The notes under the pieces are model-generated. The model ran no database searches and was not told the origin of the DNA. It saw nothing but the letters and a program-made list of their open reading frames with translations. 64,000 nt of DNA, from NCBI GenBank assembly GCA_050613775.1, contig JBODTK010000014.1, forward strand, positions 1,364,001 to 1,428,000, written 5' to 3'. The DNA is from Neocallimastix sp. 'constans' (lineage: Eukaryota). A program made the position numbers and the translations under genes. Within the stretch, counting starts at the first letter, position 1. The number at the start of each line of letters is the position of its first letter. Positions 1 through 16,420 of this stretch are shown here, one piece after another.

Positions 1-343
1 AGTTAAAAGTAGCACAAAGTTAGGATGATTTTAAATAGTATTTATTTTTTTTATTTTTTATTTTTTTTTATTTTTTTTTTATATATTTTATATTTTATAT
101 TTTGTATTTTATATTTTGTATTTTATATTTTTTTTTATTTTTTATTTTTTATTTTATATTTTAATATTTTATATAATAATATTTATATTTATTTTATATA
201 ATAATATTTATTTATTTATGTATTATCTATTTATTTAATCATTAAAAATCTTAATATAGATACATATATTTCATATCCACCTTCCTCAATAATACTAATA
301 ATAATAATAATAGTATTAATAAATAATAATAATAATAATAATA

Positions 344-374
<31 letters not shown>

Positions 375-942
375 TAAATAGATATAGAAGTAACAAATAA
401 TGAATAATAATCATATAAATTCGATCATGGGGAACTAATAATTGAATAATAAATAATTGAATAATAAATAATTGAATAATTGAATAAATACAAAGTTTAT
501 ATATAATAATTATTGTTATTATCAATATTTAAATTTTAAATATTATTATTATTATTATGGATAATAATAATAAATAATAAATAATAATAATATGAATAAT
601 AATAAGAAATAATATAAATAATAATAAGAACTAATAAGGACTAATAAGAATAAGAAAAAATAAGAATAATAATAAGGATAATTAATAATAAGAAATAAGA
701 ATAATAATAAGGATAATAAAATAAAAAAAAAAAAAAAGAAAAAAAGAGAGAATATTTTATTCTATTTTTAAATTTATTATATTTTTATAAATTTATAAAG
801 ATGATCGATCTGCCAAAAAAAAAAGCAAAAAAAAAAAAAAAGAAAAGATAACAAAGTTAAAAAAAAAAAAAAATTTATTAATAATTATTCTATTCTATTA
901 TTTATTTAATTATTTATTAATAATTATTCTATTCTTTATTTA

Positions 943-982
<40 letters not shown>

Positions 983-2489
983 TATTCTTTATTTAATTAT
1001 TATTATTATTATTATTCTATTCTTTATTTAATTATTATTATTATTATTATTCTATTATTTATTTAATTATTATTATTATTCTATTCTTTAATTATTATTA
1101 ATAATATTTATTTACTTAATTTTATTTATTTATTATTCTATTATTCTATTTATTTAATTATTTATTATTTATTTATTTATTATTCAATTATTTATTATTT
1201 ATTATTTATTTATTTATTTATTAAATAAATAAGAAACTTTTTTTCCATTTTTTAATAATTTTTAATTTATATTTAAAACATTTATCATATGAAAAAAATA
1301 AAAACATTTTTATTATTTATTATTTATTATTTATTATTTATTATTTATTATTCATTATTTATTATTTATTATTTATTATTTATTATTTATTAATAAATAC
1401 TCTTTTTATTATTATTTATTATTTATTATTTATTATTTATTATTTATTATTTATTATTTATTATTTATTAATAAATACTCTTGTTATTATTTACTATTTA
1501 TTATTATTATTAATATTAGTTATTTATTTATTATTTATTATTCAATTATTATTTATTTATTATTCAATTATTATTTATTTATTATTCAATTATTATTTAT
1601 TTATTATTCAATTATTATTTATTTATTATTCAATTATTTATTATTTTTAATTATTTATTATTTAATTAATTATTATTCAATTATTTATTATTCAATTATA
1701 ATTTTTATATTTTTAATATTATTTTTATAGTTGATGTAAACTTTATTTTATACTAGATTTAACCTTTTAACAATTTAAAAAAATAAAAAAAAAAAAAACA
1801 ATAATAAAAACAATAGGAAAAAAAAAATAGAAAAATAGAAAAAAAGAATTAAGAAAAAAAAAAAAAAAAACTTATACAAATATTATTAATAATGAATTAA
1901 ATGATGAATAATAGTAATGAATAATAATTAAAGAATGAATAATCATAATTAATTATAGAATAGAATAATAATTAAATAATGAATAATCATAATTAAATAA
2001 TGAATAATAAAGAATTAATGAATGAATAGTAATATATAATTAAATAAAGAATAGAATAATAAATAATTAATAATAAATAATAAAAAGAGTATTAATTATT
2101 AAAAAGAGAGTATTTATTAATAAATAATAAATAATAAGTAAAAATAAGGGGGAAGAATGAAATAATATTTCTTTAACACACCCATTTTTTTAAATGATAT
2201 TTGGATAAAAAGTGAAACAAATACAAAAAGAAAAGTAAAACAAAAAAACAAAAAAAAAAATATCCATTTTTCCTTTCCTATCCTTTTTTTTTTAAAACAA
2301 AAAAAAAAAATATCCATTTTTCCTTTCCAATCCTTTTTTTATTTTATTTTATTTATTTTATTTATATTTTTTAATTTATTTTAATTATAAATTTTATTTT
2401 ATTTAAAAAATAAATTAGAAAGATTGAAATATAGAAATATAGAAATATAGAAATATAATAAGATATAACAGTCTAATTAAAAAAATTTC

Positions 2490-2523
<34 letters not shown>

Positions 2524-2670
2524 AAAGGAAAGGAAAGGATAGGAAAGGAAAGGATGCTAATTGGTGATGAAAGGATAAAAAAAAAAAAAAACAATGAGAA
2601 ATAAAAATGAACTTTCTACTCTGAATATAATCTTTGAATTGAAATAGAAAAAATGAAATAAAATATAATT

Positions 2671-2671
<1 letters not shown>

Positions 2672-2736
<65 letters not shown>

Positions 2737-2770
2737 TAATAATAATAATAATAATAATATTAATAATAAT
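2672..2770. repeat. (TAA)n microsatellite
   Basis: Near-perfect TAA run read directly. Confidence 0.9.
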
Positions 2771-3280
2771 AAGATAATAATTGAAACTAAAAATTGAGAA
2801 ATTAAAAATAAAAATTAAATAAAAAACAAAAAAAAACTAACCATCATCAATAATAATTATTCTTATTTTTTATTTTTCAATTTTATTAATATTTTTACTT
2901 TTTAAATTTTTTTTTAAATGGAACGGAGGGTTGTTAAATCAAAATTTCAGAATTAACCATTGGTCGTTTCATAAATGAATTTTTCTTATATTTTATTTAT
3001 TTATTTATTTATTTATTATTCAATTATTCAATTATTTATTTATTATTTATTATTTATTTATTTATTCAATTATTTATTTATTATTTATTTATTTATTATT
3101 TATTTATTTATTATTTATTATTTATTATTAATTTCTATAAAAAATATTAAAAGAATTTATTCTGAAATTGAAACAAATTTTATTATATTTATTATTTAAC
3201 AAATAAAACAACAATCTGTCTAATAATTATTTAATAATGATTTCGTTTCATTAATTATTTTATAACTATTTTTTATTATT

Positions 3281-3283
3281 TAA

Positions 3284-3366
<83 letters not shown>

Positions 3367-3367
3367 A
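3281..3367. repeat. (TAAA)n microsatellite
   Basis: Perfect TAAA run. Confidence 0.9.
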
Positions 3368-6204
3368 ACTTTTTTTAACTTTTGTATTTTGACATTTTTA
3401 CCTTTTTTGGTATTCATTTGAAATAAAAAAAAATTTTTATTTATTTATTTATTTTAATTAATTTTAATTTATTTATTTAAATTTTTACATATTAATAGAA
3501 ATCTTATGATTAAAAAAAAATTTAATTTATTTTTTCTTTTTTATTATATCATTTATAATTATAATATATTGATATATTTATTATGGATATATTATTTTAT
3601 TTATATAAAATTTATTCATATATTAAGTTTATTATGAATATTTAATATTGTTTATATTTATATATTATTTATATATTTATAAACTATTCTATCTATTTAA
3701 TATTTTGTAGTTGTCTTTCAAGTCCATTGTTTAAACTCTTAATAAATAAATAATTTTATGTTTTAATATATATTTAAATTTTATTTTATTTTATTTTTAA
3801 AATTTCAAAATTTATTTTAATTTCAAATTATTTAATAATTTTTTTAATTTAAAATAAATTAAATTTAAATTAAAACTTAAAGAAAATTTCTATTTTTAAA
3901 AACAAAAATTTAACCAAAATAGAAATAAAAAATTTTTATTTTATTTATTATTATTATTTTATTATTTTATTATTATTATTTTATTATTTTATTATTATTT
4001 TATGATTTTTATGATTTTATGATTTTTTTTTAATTTATTCATTTTTAATTTTTATTTCAATTTATTATTATTTTAACTTTTTTTTTTGTTTTAAATCGAA
4101 AAAGGAATGGATGACCAACTTTATTTATTATTATTATTCTTTTTTCTAATCTTATTTTAATATTTTACTTCAGATTGATTACATCTTATTTATAATTTTA
4201 TTCTATTTAAAGAATACAATCCTAATTTTATTTCATTTTTAATTTTTTATATTGTATTCCTCTTTTATATAACTTTATATTTATTTTATTATATATTTAT
4301 ATTTTATTATATATTTTTTATATATTTATATTTTTTTATATATTTATATTTTATTTATATTTTATTATATATTTATATTTTATTTAACATTATATTTTAT
4401 TATATATTTATATATTTTATATATTTTAAATTTGTTTCTTTTTTTTTTATTTCTTTAAAAAAAAAAAAAGAAATTTGTACAACTTTAATGACTACTATTT
4501 ATGTCAAAACAGTTGCCGTTTTTATAATATTAAATTAATTTTCTTTTTTTTTTTATATTTTAATTTATACATATAAATCTTAATAAATATTAAAAAAAAT
4601 TTAAAATTTTTTCAAAATTAAAAAAATTAACCGAAAAAAAATAAAAAAATAATCAAAAATGAATAGGAATATATATGATAATATATATATGTAATATAAT
4701 ATAATAGATAAATATAAATATTAAACTATAAATAAATAAAAATAAAAAGGATGGATTCCATTTTAATCGATGTGGTGAATAAAAAATGAGGATGACAATC
4801 TCTTATAAAATAAAGTTATTATAGAATAAGGTTAAATGAAATTCAAGATATTAAATGAAATTCAATAAAATAAATGAAGTTTCAATAGATAAAAATAAAA
4901 CTTGGTTAAATAAACGTAATAAAAAATAAAAAAGGAAATAAAATGAAATAAAATGAAATAAATATAAAATGCATTTACAACTAACTAACTATGAAATAGA
5001 TGGATTAAAATAGGCTTTATTAAAGAAATGATAAGCATTAACAGTAATCATCATCATCTAAAGTCTGAAGGAAGAACAAATAATAATAGAATAATATAAA
5101 ATAATAGAATAATAAATAATAAAAAGAGTATTTATTAATAAATAATTGAATAATAAATAATAAAAAGAGTATTTATTAATAAATAATAGAATAATAAATA
5201 ATAAAAAAAGTATTTATTAATAAATAATTGAATAATAAAAAAAAATATTTATTAATAAATAGTGGAATAATAAATAATAAAAAAAGTATTTATTAATAAA
5301 TAATTGAATAATAAAAAGAGGATTTACTATTAAATAATAATAAATATTTGAATAATTTAATAATAAATAATGAATAATAAACAACTAACAAATAATAATT
5401 GATAATAATAGTCAAATAATCAAATAATCAAATAAACAAATAATCAAATAATCAAATAAACAAATAATAAACAAATAAACAAATAATAATAAGTAATCAA
5501 TAATAATTGATAATAATAATCAAATAATCAATAATCAATAATCAATAATATTTTATTAAGTTTATTAGCAGAAGAGAGAATAGATATTTAGGTCGATTGT
5601 TAATAATATACTTTGCAACTAAAATTAATCACAACCAATAAAAATTACGTTTGTAAGCATGAGCAGAACGAATAGGCTAATTTTTATTTATATATTTGTT
5701 TATTATTTAATTATTTATTATTTACTAATAAACACCCAATTTTATTCTTTATTATTTATTCAACAATTTATTTATTTATTTACTCATTTATTATTAAATA
5801 TTTAACCATTTATCTATCTATTTATTCATTTATTATTAAATATTTATCTATCTTTCTATCTATTTATTCGTTTATTATTAAATATTTAACCATTTATCAA
5901 TCTATTTATTCATTTATTATTAAATATTTAACCATTTATCAATCTATTTACTCATTTATTATTAAACATTTATTTATTTATTTATTATTATATATTTATT
6001 TATTTATTATTCAATATTTATTGATTTATTGATTTAAATTCCTTTTTAACATCGTTAATATTTTTTTTATTATTATTTATGAAAAAAATGGAGGATGGAT
6101 TTTTTTAATTTTATTTTATTTTAATTTTTAATGATGCTTTTTTATTTATTTTTTTTTAACTTTTTTTACTTTTTAAAGAGTGATATCGGCCGTTTTTAAA
6201 TTAA

Positions 6205-6217
6205 AATAATAATAATA

Positions 6218-6253
<36 letters not shown>

Positions 6254-6318
6254 TAATAGTAATAATAATAATAATAATAAATAATAATAATAAATAATAC
6301 TAAATAATAATAATAATA

Positions 6319-6375
<57 letters not shown>

Positions 6376-6380
6376 TACTA

Positions 6381-6431
<51 letters not shown>

Positions 6432-6551
6432 TAATAAATAATAATAATAATAAATAATAATAATAATAAATAATACTAAATAATAATAATAATAATAAAT
6501 AATAATAATAATATTAAATAATAATTAAAATAATAATTAATAATAATATTA

Positions 6552-6598
<47 letters not shown>

Positions 6599-6600
6599 TT
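6205..6600. repeat. Interrupted (TAA)n microsatellite
   Basis: About 400 bp of TAA with TAAA/TAC interruptions. Confidence 0.9.
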
Positions 6601-6789
6601 AAAGGTCAACTTTTTTTTTTTTTTTTTTAATTTTAAAACAAAAAAAAACGAAAAAAAAACTTTTATAGACATAAAAAATTTAATAGTTATAAATACTAAA
6701 CATTGACATAGATAAATATTTTTGTGGATAGTGGATGAATGAAAATAAAAAGAAAAAAATTTTTATGAGAAGGAAGGATTAATAATTGA

Positions 6790-7200
6790 ATAATAAATGA
6801 ATAATAAATAATAAATAATAAAAAGAGTATTTATTAATAAATAATAAATAATAAATAATAAATAATAAAAAGAGTATTTATTAATAAATAATAAATAATA
6901 AAAAGAGTATTTAATAATAAATAATAAATAATAAATAATAAAAAGAGTATTTATTAATAAATAATAAATAATAAATAATAATAAAAAGAGTATTTATTAA
7001 TAAATAATAAATAATAAATAATAAAAAGAGTATTTATTAATAAATAATAAATAATAAAAAGAGTATTTATTAATAAATAATAAATAATAAAAAGAGTATT
7101 TATTAATAAATAATAAATAATAAAAAGAGTATTTATTAATAAATAATAAATAATAAAAAGAGTATTTATTAATAAATAATAAATAATAAATAGTTAATAA
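6790..7200 (+). repeat. (TAAATAA)n array with interspersed AAAAGAGTATTTATTAATAAAT motif
   Basis: The motif recurs about 9 times, separated by variable numbers of heptamers. Related arrays lie at ~5100-5340 and, in reverse orientation, at 18170-18500. Confidence 0.85.
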
Positions 7201-8475
7201 TTAAATAATAAATAGTAAATAATAAATAGTAAATAAATGAATATATAAAAAAAAAGTCTTCAAAATAAAATGATGGATAATTGAAGTAGTAATAATAATA
7301 AAAATTAAATTATTTTTAAAGTAGTATAAAACAAAGTAATAGTAATACTTTAAAAAATTCATTAAATTATAGAATATGTACATTTATTTATTTATATTTT
7401 ATTTATTTATTTATATTTTATTTATTTATTTATATTTTATTTATCTATTTATATTTTATTTATCTATTTATATTTATTTATTTATTTATATTTATTTATT
7501 TATTTATATTTATTAATATTTATTTATATTTATTAATATTTATTTATTTATTTATCTATTTATTTATATTTTTTTTTTTACATCCATCCTCAAAAATGTC
7601 TTTTCCCCAACTATTTTTTTTTTGCTTTTAATAGCTAATCTCCTTGCATTACAATACTACATGCATTAATATCATTGGTCAATGCTTCATTTTCATCATG
7701 GATTAACTTTAAAAAATAGAAATAAAAATAAGTAATAAATAATAAAAATAAATAATAAAAATAAAAATAAAAATAAAAATAAATAATAAGTAATAAGTAA
7801 TAAATAATAGAAATAAATAATAAATAATAAAATTTAGAGCATGATTAACCCTAAATAATATAATATCTAAAACATTCCTTTTGCCTGTCTACATTCAACT
7901 TATGAAACAAACTTTCATTTATAATAAAAACTAATAAAATGTTATAAAAGAATTTTTTATTTTTAAAGTTTCAAATAAAAGACATTGGCCGTTTTTTTTT
8001 TTTTTATTTTTTATTTTATATTTTATATTTTTTAATTAAAATTTAATTTTTAACTAATATTAATTAATTAATTAAAATCAATCAACCAATCAATAAAAAT
8101 TAAATTCAATCAATAAATAAATGAATTATAAAATTAACTATTTAAAGTTCTTTCCTAATCTTAACATAAATAAATAATAATAATAAAATTAATTAATTAT
8201 TTATTTATTCATATAAAAATTAAAAATTATTTATATATTTATTTATTTACATAAAAATTAAAATTTTTTAAATTTTTTTTTTAAAGATTGTTTCATAAAT
8301 TAAAAATGACTTTTTTTGTTTTTTTTATTTTTTTAATTTAATTTAATTTAATTTAATTTAATTTAATTTATTAATTTTCCTTTTTTCTTTTTTCTTTTTA
8401 TTTTTATTTTTTTTCACATCGCTTTCACCTCTTTAATTTTATGATGATGATGATGATGTTAATCCTTCTTATATT

Positions 8476-8512
<37 letters not shown>

Positions 8513-11039
8513 AGAAGAGTTCATACCTTGAAAAAAAAAATGAAATGAAATACCAACCGATAAACAAAACAAAATGTAAAAAAAAAAAAGATTAATGATT
8601 ATAATCATTTAAAGAGAAATAAACAAAAAAAAATAAAATTTTTTATTATCAAATATTAAACAAAACTAAAATATTTGAAAAAATAAAATTTTTTTTAAAC
8701 AAAAAATAAAATAAAAAAAATTATGAAATAAAAAAAAAAAAAGATCCTTTTATAGTTAAAATGACCGTTTTTCATTTTTTCCTTTTTTTTTAATAAAATA
8801 TTTTTATGAATGTTTTGCTTTTACTTAAAAAGAGAAAATAAAATTGAAAGAGAGACAAAATAAAATTAATAATAAAATTAATAATAAAATTAATAATAAA
8901 ATTAATAATAATATTAATAAAAAAAATAAAATAAAATAGATTAAATATAATAAAAATATATCGAAATGGGTGGAAATATGGAATAAAAATATTAATACTT
9001 AAAATATTAAAATAAATAAATAAATAAATAAATAATTAATTAATTAAACAAATACATCAAATAATTAAATAATTATTTAATTATTTAATTAAATGAAGGG
9101 ATATTAAATGAAATGAATACTAAATGACATGACATGATTCAAATAAATAAATAAATAAATAAATAAATATTTATATATTTTTTTCATATTTAATTATTTA
9201 ATTAATTAATTATTTATTTATTTAATTATAGAGAATATAAACCATAAAAAAAACATTTCCTTTTTTTTTTTTTTTTTAAGGGGAGAAATATATGAAAGGA
9301 TATTAATTTATACTCTTTTCCTTTTTTTTTTTTTTTTTCCTTATGTTAAAGTGACATTTATCATATTAATTATGATATATATATAAAAAAAAGAGTTGGA
9401 TATCATGTTGATTATAATACTATTTATGAAATAAAAAAAAAAAAAGGGGGTTGGATATATTTTTTTTTTTTTTTTTTACTGTTATTATAATTATGATTAT
9501 GATTATTTTTTCTTGCTTAATTTCTTATGTTATGTAGTAAGGTGGGTTGGTATTTTCTCTCTCGTATATTTCTTTTTTTAAAAAAAAAAAAAAAAAAAAA
9601 GCGGTCTACCAGAGAATAAACTAAAAAATAAAAAAGGTTAGAAGATATCATTATCATTCAATAAAAAATGTTTAAATAAAAATGCTATTAATGATAATAA
9701 TTAAGTCATAATAAAATAATAATTAATAATTATTAAAAAATAATAATTAAAAAATGATAATAATTTATAAAAAAACTATTAATAATAAATAATATTTAAT
9801 CATCATCATAAATAATTAAATATTAATAAATTATCATTATTTAATAATAAATATTTAATTAAAAAATAATTAAAAGAATAATTAAAAATCATGACATAAT
9901 AAAATAAATAAATAAATAATAAATGAATAAAATAATAAATAAATAAATAAATCTTTTTTAAAACAAATCATTATCAAAAATCAGTATTAAAATCATTTCC
10001 TAATTATGATAAATTTTATTATCATTTAAAAGTTTGGATGAAACAAAAGATGCTTTATTTGGTAGTCTTCTATATAATAATTAATGAAGACAATAGTAAA
10101 ATGTTAATATATTGTAATATATTGTAATATATTTAATCTATAGATTAAAAATTTACAAAAACTTCATTCTTTTTTTTTTTTTTTTTAATTGTTTTATTAA
10201 TTATTAAAATTTATTAATAATCATTTTATAACTAAAAAAATAAAAATAAAATAATAAATATAATTTATATATTATTAATTATTTACTATTTACTATTTAT
10301 TATTTACTATTTATTATTCAATTATTTATTATTTACTATTTACTATTTACTATTTATTATTCAATTATTCAATTATTTATTATTAATTAATAAATACTCT
10401 TTTTATTATTATTTATTATTATTTATAAATACTCTTATATTATTACTTATTAGTTATAAATACTCTTTTATTATTACTTATTATTTATAAATACTCTTTT
10501 ATTATTATTTATTTATTATTTATTTATAATTATACATTTATTATTATTTTTTAATCAATTATTTATTTATTCATATTAATAGATTAGATAATATATAAAG
10601 ATTCGATGATTTGGTATCATAATCTGAAATATAATAAAGATAAAAACTATATAAATATTTATAGATAATAAAGTATTAACAAAAATTAAGACTAATTTAT
10701 ATATATAAAAAAAATAATCTATCAAATAAATAATAAATAATAAATAATAAATAAATAATAAATAATAAATAATAAGTAATAAATAATAAGTAATAAATAA
10801 TAAATAATAAATAATAAATAATAAATAATAAATAATAAATAATTGAATAATTAATAATTAATAATTGAATAATAAATAATAAATAATAAATAATAAATAA
10901 TAAATAATAAATAATAAATAATAAGTAATAAATAGTAAATAATAAATAATAAATAATAAATAATAAATAATAAATAATAAATAATAAATAATTGAATAAT
11001 AAATAATTGAATAATAAATAATAAATAATAAATAATAAA

Positions 11040-11530
11040 TAATAAATAATAATGAAGAGTATTTATTAATAAATAATAAATAATAAATAATAAATAATAA
11101 TGAAGAGTATTTATTAATAAATAATAAATAATAAATAATAAATAATAATGAAGAGTATTTATTAATAAATAATAAATAATAAATAATAAATAATAATGAA
11201 GAGTATTTATTAATAAATAATAAATAATAAATAATAAATAATAATGAAGAGTATTTATTAATAAATAATAAATAATAAATAATAAATAATAATGAAGAGT
11301 ATTTATTAATAAATAATAAATAATAAATAATAAATAATAATGAAGAGTATTTATTAATAAATAATAAATAATAAATAATAAATAATAATGAAGAGTATTT
11401 ATTAATAAATAATAAATAATAAATAATAAATAATAATGAAGAGTATTTATTAATAAATAATAAATAATAAATAATAAATAATAATGAAGAGTATTTATTA
11501 ATAAATAATAAATAATAAATAATAAATAAT
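11040..11530 (+). repeat. Perfect 48-bp minisatellite, 10 copies
   Basis: TGAAGAGTATTTATTAATAAAT... starts at 11053, 11101, 11149 and so on to 11485 (period 48). It explains the spurious 251-aa ORF. Confidence 0.95.
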
Positions 11531-12442
11531 AAATAATAAATAATAAATAATAAATAATTGAATAATAATAAAGAGTATTTATTAATAAATAATAAATAAT
11601 AATCATATATATTAAATAATAAATAATAAATAATAATAAAGAGTATTTATTAATAAATAATAAATAATAAATAATAATAAAAAGAGTATTTAATAATAAA
11701 TAATAAATAATAAATAATAAAAAGAGTATTTATTAATAAATAATTGAATAATTGAATAATACATAATAAATAATAGTAACAATACTAATTAATATATATA
11801 ATAATAAATATATTTATTTGTTTTATTTTATTATTGTTTTATTTTTTTTTATAAATATATTTTCTGTTTTATTATATATATATTATTATTATTATTAATA
11901 TTTTTTTAATTAGATATACAATGACAGATGACGAGAAAATCTTGGAAATTCAATAATTAAAATAAAAAAAAAATTTTTTTTTTTTTTTACTAAATTAAAA
12001 AGGATTCTCTTTTCCATTGTTTCTAACTATTCTTTAATAATAAAATAATATTAATTCAATAAAAGAAAAAGTGAGAATTTATTTTATATTGTTCATTATT
12101 TTTTATTTCTTATTATTACTATTATTACTATTACTATTATTATTTATTATTTGATTATTATTATTATCTTTGTAAATGAAATCTTTTCATTTTATCTCTT
12201 ACTATTTGTCTCTTTATCTGTTCTACCAAATCTTTGCCAAAAACAAAATTTTTATAACTATCTTTTTACTTTATTTTATTATTCATTTATTTATACATTT
12301 ATTAATAAATACTCTTTTTATTATATATTTATTTATTAGTATCATTATCATTTATTAGTATTATTTACTTTTATCATGTATTATTATTTATTAATATTAT
12401 CATTAATATTATCATTTATTAGTATTACTATTTATTAGTATT

Positions 12443-12610
12443 ATTTATTAGTATCATAATCATTAATTAGAATCATTAATTATTTATTAGTATCATAATC
12501 ATTAATTAGAATCATTAATTATTTATTAGTATCATAATCATTAATTAGCATCATTGATTATTTATTAGTATCATAATCATTAATTAGCATCATTGATTAT
12601 TTATTAGTAT
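12443..12610. repeat. 39-bp tandem repeat, ~4 copies
   Basis: GTATCATAATCATTAATTAG at 12451, 12490, 12529 and 12568. Confidence 0.85.
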
Positions 12611-15042
12611 TATCAATCATTAAATTTTATATATGAAGGAAAAAAAAAATTTTTTTTTCTTTTGTATAATTTAAATCATTTCTCGACTAGTAATTAAGTG
12701 ATAATGATTTTTTTTTTGTTTTGTTTTTCAAATATATATATATTATTTTATTTTAATTTAGTTGGTAGAGACTTGATTCTCTTTTTCTTTTGTCATTTTA
12801 TTATTTTTTTGTTAATACTCTCTATTCTTTTCTTTTTTTCTTTCTTTTTATTTTCTATTTTTATTTTTATGTTAATTAAGCTTTTGGATATAAAAATATA
12901 TAATATAATATACCTTCTTAATTAATAAATAAATAAATAATAAATATTATATAATAATAATTGAATAATAAATAATAAATAATAATAAAGAGTATTTATT
13001 AATAAATAAATAAATAAATAATAAATAAATAAATAAATAATAAATAATAAATTATAAATAATAAATAAATAAATAAATAATAAATAAATAAATAAATAAT
13101 AAACAATAAATAATAAATAATAAATAATAAATAAATAATAAACAATAAATAATAAATAATAAATAATAAATAAATAATATTAAATAATTTAATATTAAAT
13201 AATAAATAATAATTAAATAAATAATAATTAATAATTAAATAAATAATAATTAATAATTAAATAAATAATAATTAATAATTAAATAAATAATAAATAATAA
13301 ATAATAAATAATAATTAAATAAATAATAAATAATAAATAATAATCATAATAACAAATATAAATAAATAAAAATAAATAGAAAGAATATAAAAATAAAAAT
13401 AAAAATAAAAAAAAATAGTGGAGTGGATTTCATTATTTAAATTTTAATTAATAATAAAAATTAACAATTAATCATAAAAATTAATAACAAAAAAATAAAT
13501 AATAAATTAATTTAATAAGTTATATATATAATAGTTAATATAATAGTTTAATATTTTTATTAATATAATAGATATATAATTATATAATAGTTCAATTTTT
13601 TTATTGATATAATAGTTATATAATAGTTGTATAATAGTTTAATATTTTTATTGATATAATAGTTCATAGATGTTTATAGATGTTTAGGGTTAGTTTTTTA
13701 TTATTAGTTTTATTATATAAATTATTCATTAATATTTATTTATTATGTATTTGAGGATTATTTAATTTAATTATTTTATTTATTATTCATTTGTTTATTA
13801 ATATAAATATTAATTAAATTTATATAATTAATATATTCATTTTACATTTGAACTATTTATTATTTATATTAAAAATTTCTTTATTTAGAAGTTTAGATAA
13901 AAAAAATATAAATAAAAATTTTGGGTTGATGTTGGTTGACTGATGTTTAATTAATGATTGATTTATTAATTAATAAATACTCTTTTATTTATTTATTTAT
14001 TTATTTATTAATGACTCTTGACTATCTATTACTATTAATGACTCTTGACTATTTATTATTTAATTATTTAATTATTTATTATTTATTCAATTATTTATTA
14101 AATTATTAATTTATTTATTTATTATTCAATTATTCAATTATTTATTCAATTATTTATTATTAATTTATTTAATTATTTAATTATTTATTATTTATTCAAT
14201 TATTCATTATTTAATTATTAATTTATTTATTTATTATTCAATTATTCAATTATTTATTCAATTATTTATTATTAATTTATTTAATTATTTAATTATTTAT
14301 TATTTATTCAATTATTCAATTATTTATTCAATTATTCATTATTTAATTATTTAATTATTTAATTATTATTTTTTATCCACAAAATGTGTTTAAAATATTA
14401 AATTATCAACATTCCTTTCTTTTTAATATTTTTAATCCATCCGGTGCCCATTGTTATCCTTTCAAAGTCATTGTATATCATCTCTTTAATTCTATTTTAT
14501 TATAATTATTATTTTAGATATAATTTAATAAGTGGTTTTATTGTTCATTTTGGGTGTTATTGTTATTGTTCATTTTTTTTTTTATCTCTTTCTCTCACAC
14601 ACTTTTTTTTTTTTTTTTTTTTTTTTTAATATTTTCTATTATATAGATCCAATCCAATAATTCATTATATGAAATATATCTTCAAAACAATAAATTTAAT
14701 TGAACTATTTTTTTTTTATATATAAATTTATATTTGTATAAGTTTAATTTAAAAGTATAATGGGTAAAAATGAAAAGGTCATAATATTAAATATTAATAT
14801 TAAGAATAATTCTTATAATTTTTATAATATTAATATCAAGTTCATAATAATAAGAATAATATTGAGGAATGAATAATCATTTTTTGAAAAAAAAAAAAAA
14901 AGTTAAATAATAAAAATGAAATAAAATTCATAAATTCACTCTTTGATTTATTCTTTATTCGTTTCATTATCATCTGTTTAAAATAAGAAAAAAAGAAAAG
15001 ATGGACAAAAAATTCTAATCCATTTTTATAACCTAAATGAAC

Positions 15043-15073
<31 letters not shown>

Positions 15074-16039
15074 GAAAATGATATTAATATTGACTTTTTT
15101 TTTTATTTTTATTTTAGTTTATATTATTTTTTTTTTCTAAAGTTAATTTGATTTATTTTAATAAATAAAATAAAATAAAAATTAAAATAAAAAAAAGATA
15201 TATAAAATCAAATAAAATTATATTTAAATATATAAAAACCGATATAATTATCAATAAAAATATTTTTTTTTTATTTTTATTATTTTTTTTATGAATTATA
15301 AATATGAAATAGTAAATCAAAAATAAATATATGAATATAAAGCAAACATAATTTACTTTTTTTTTTTTTATTAATATCTTTCATATTATTATTTACTATA
15401 TAGCATTTATTATTTATTACTTATTTTTCTATTATTTATAATTATTTACTTATTTATTATTAATAAATGCTCTTTTTATATATTTATTATTCAATTATTT
15501 ATGATTTATTATTTCTTTATTTATTATTTCTTTATTTATTATTTATTATTTATTATTTAATTATTATTTATGATTTACTATATAGCATTTATTTATTATT
15601 CAATTATTTATTAATAAATAACAAATAATAAATAATAAATAATAAATAATAAAAAAGTATTTATTAATAAATAATAGATAATAAATAATAATAAAAATAA
15701 AAAGGCCTAGAACTTTAGGAAAGAAAAAAAAGCCTTAACTATATATATAAGTTATATATATTTTATATATTTTATATATTTTATATAGCATATATAATTA
15801 TTATTTTATTTTTTATTTTTTATATATCCCATATTTTATTTTATTTTTATATATTCTATATTTTAATTTTTTATTTATATATATTCCATATTTTATTTTT
15901 TATTTATATATTAAATATAGATATATATTATTATTATTTTAAATTTTTTTTTTATTTTTTTGTTATTTTTATTTCAAATTTTATTAATTAAAATTTTATA
16001 TTTATTAATTAATATTTATTACTATTTATGATTTATGAT

Positions 16040-16420
16040 TTATTTTAAATTATTTATTTATTCAATTATTATTCAATTATTCAATTATTTAGGATTATTT
16101 TTAAATTATTTATTTATTCAATTATTATTTATTTATTCAATTATTTATTTATTTATTCAATTATTTAGGATTATTTTTAAATTATTTATTTATTCAATTA
16201 TTATTTATTTATTCAATTATTTAGGATTATTTTTAAATTATTTATTTATTCAATTATTATTTATTTATTCAATTATTATTTATTTATTCAATTATTTAGG
16301 ATTATTTTTAAATTATTTATTTATTCAATTATTATTTATTTATTCAATTATTTAGGATTATTTTTAAATTATTTATTTATTCAATTATTCAATTATTTAT
16401 TCAATTATTTAGGATTCAAT
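16040..16420. repeat. Compound minisatellite (TTAGGATTATTTTTAAATTATTTATTTATTCAATT core)
   Basis: About 5 cores with variable spacers. Confidence 0.8.

Noticed and set aside
10851..11606. 251-aa ORF with a 16-aa repeat
   Set aside because: Stop-free reading of the 48-bp minisatellite; I/Y/L/F-only composition. The same applies to ORFs at 316, 2975, 16035, 30902, 33170 and 51269.
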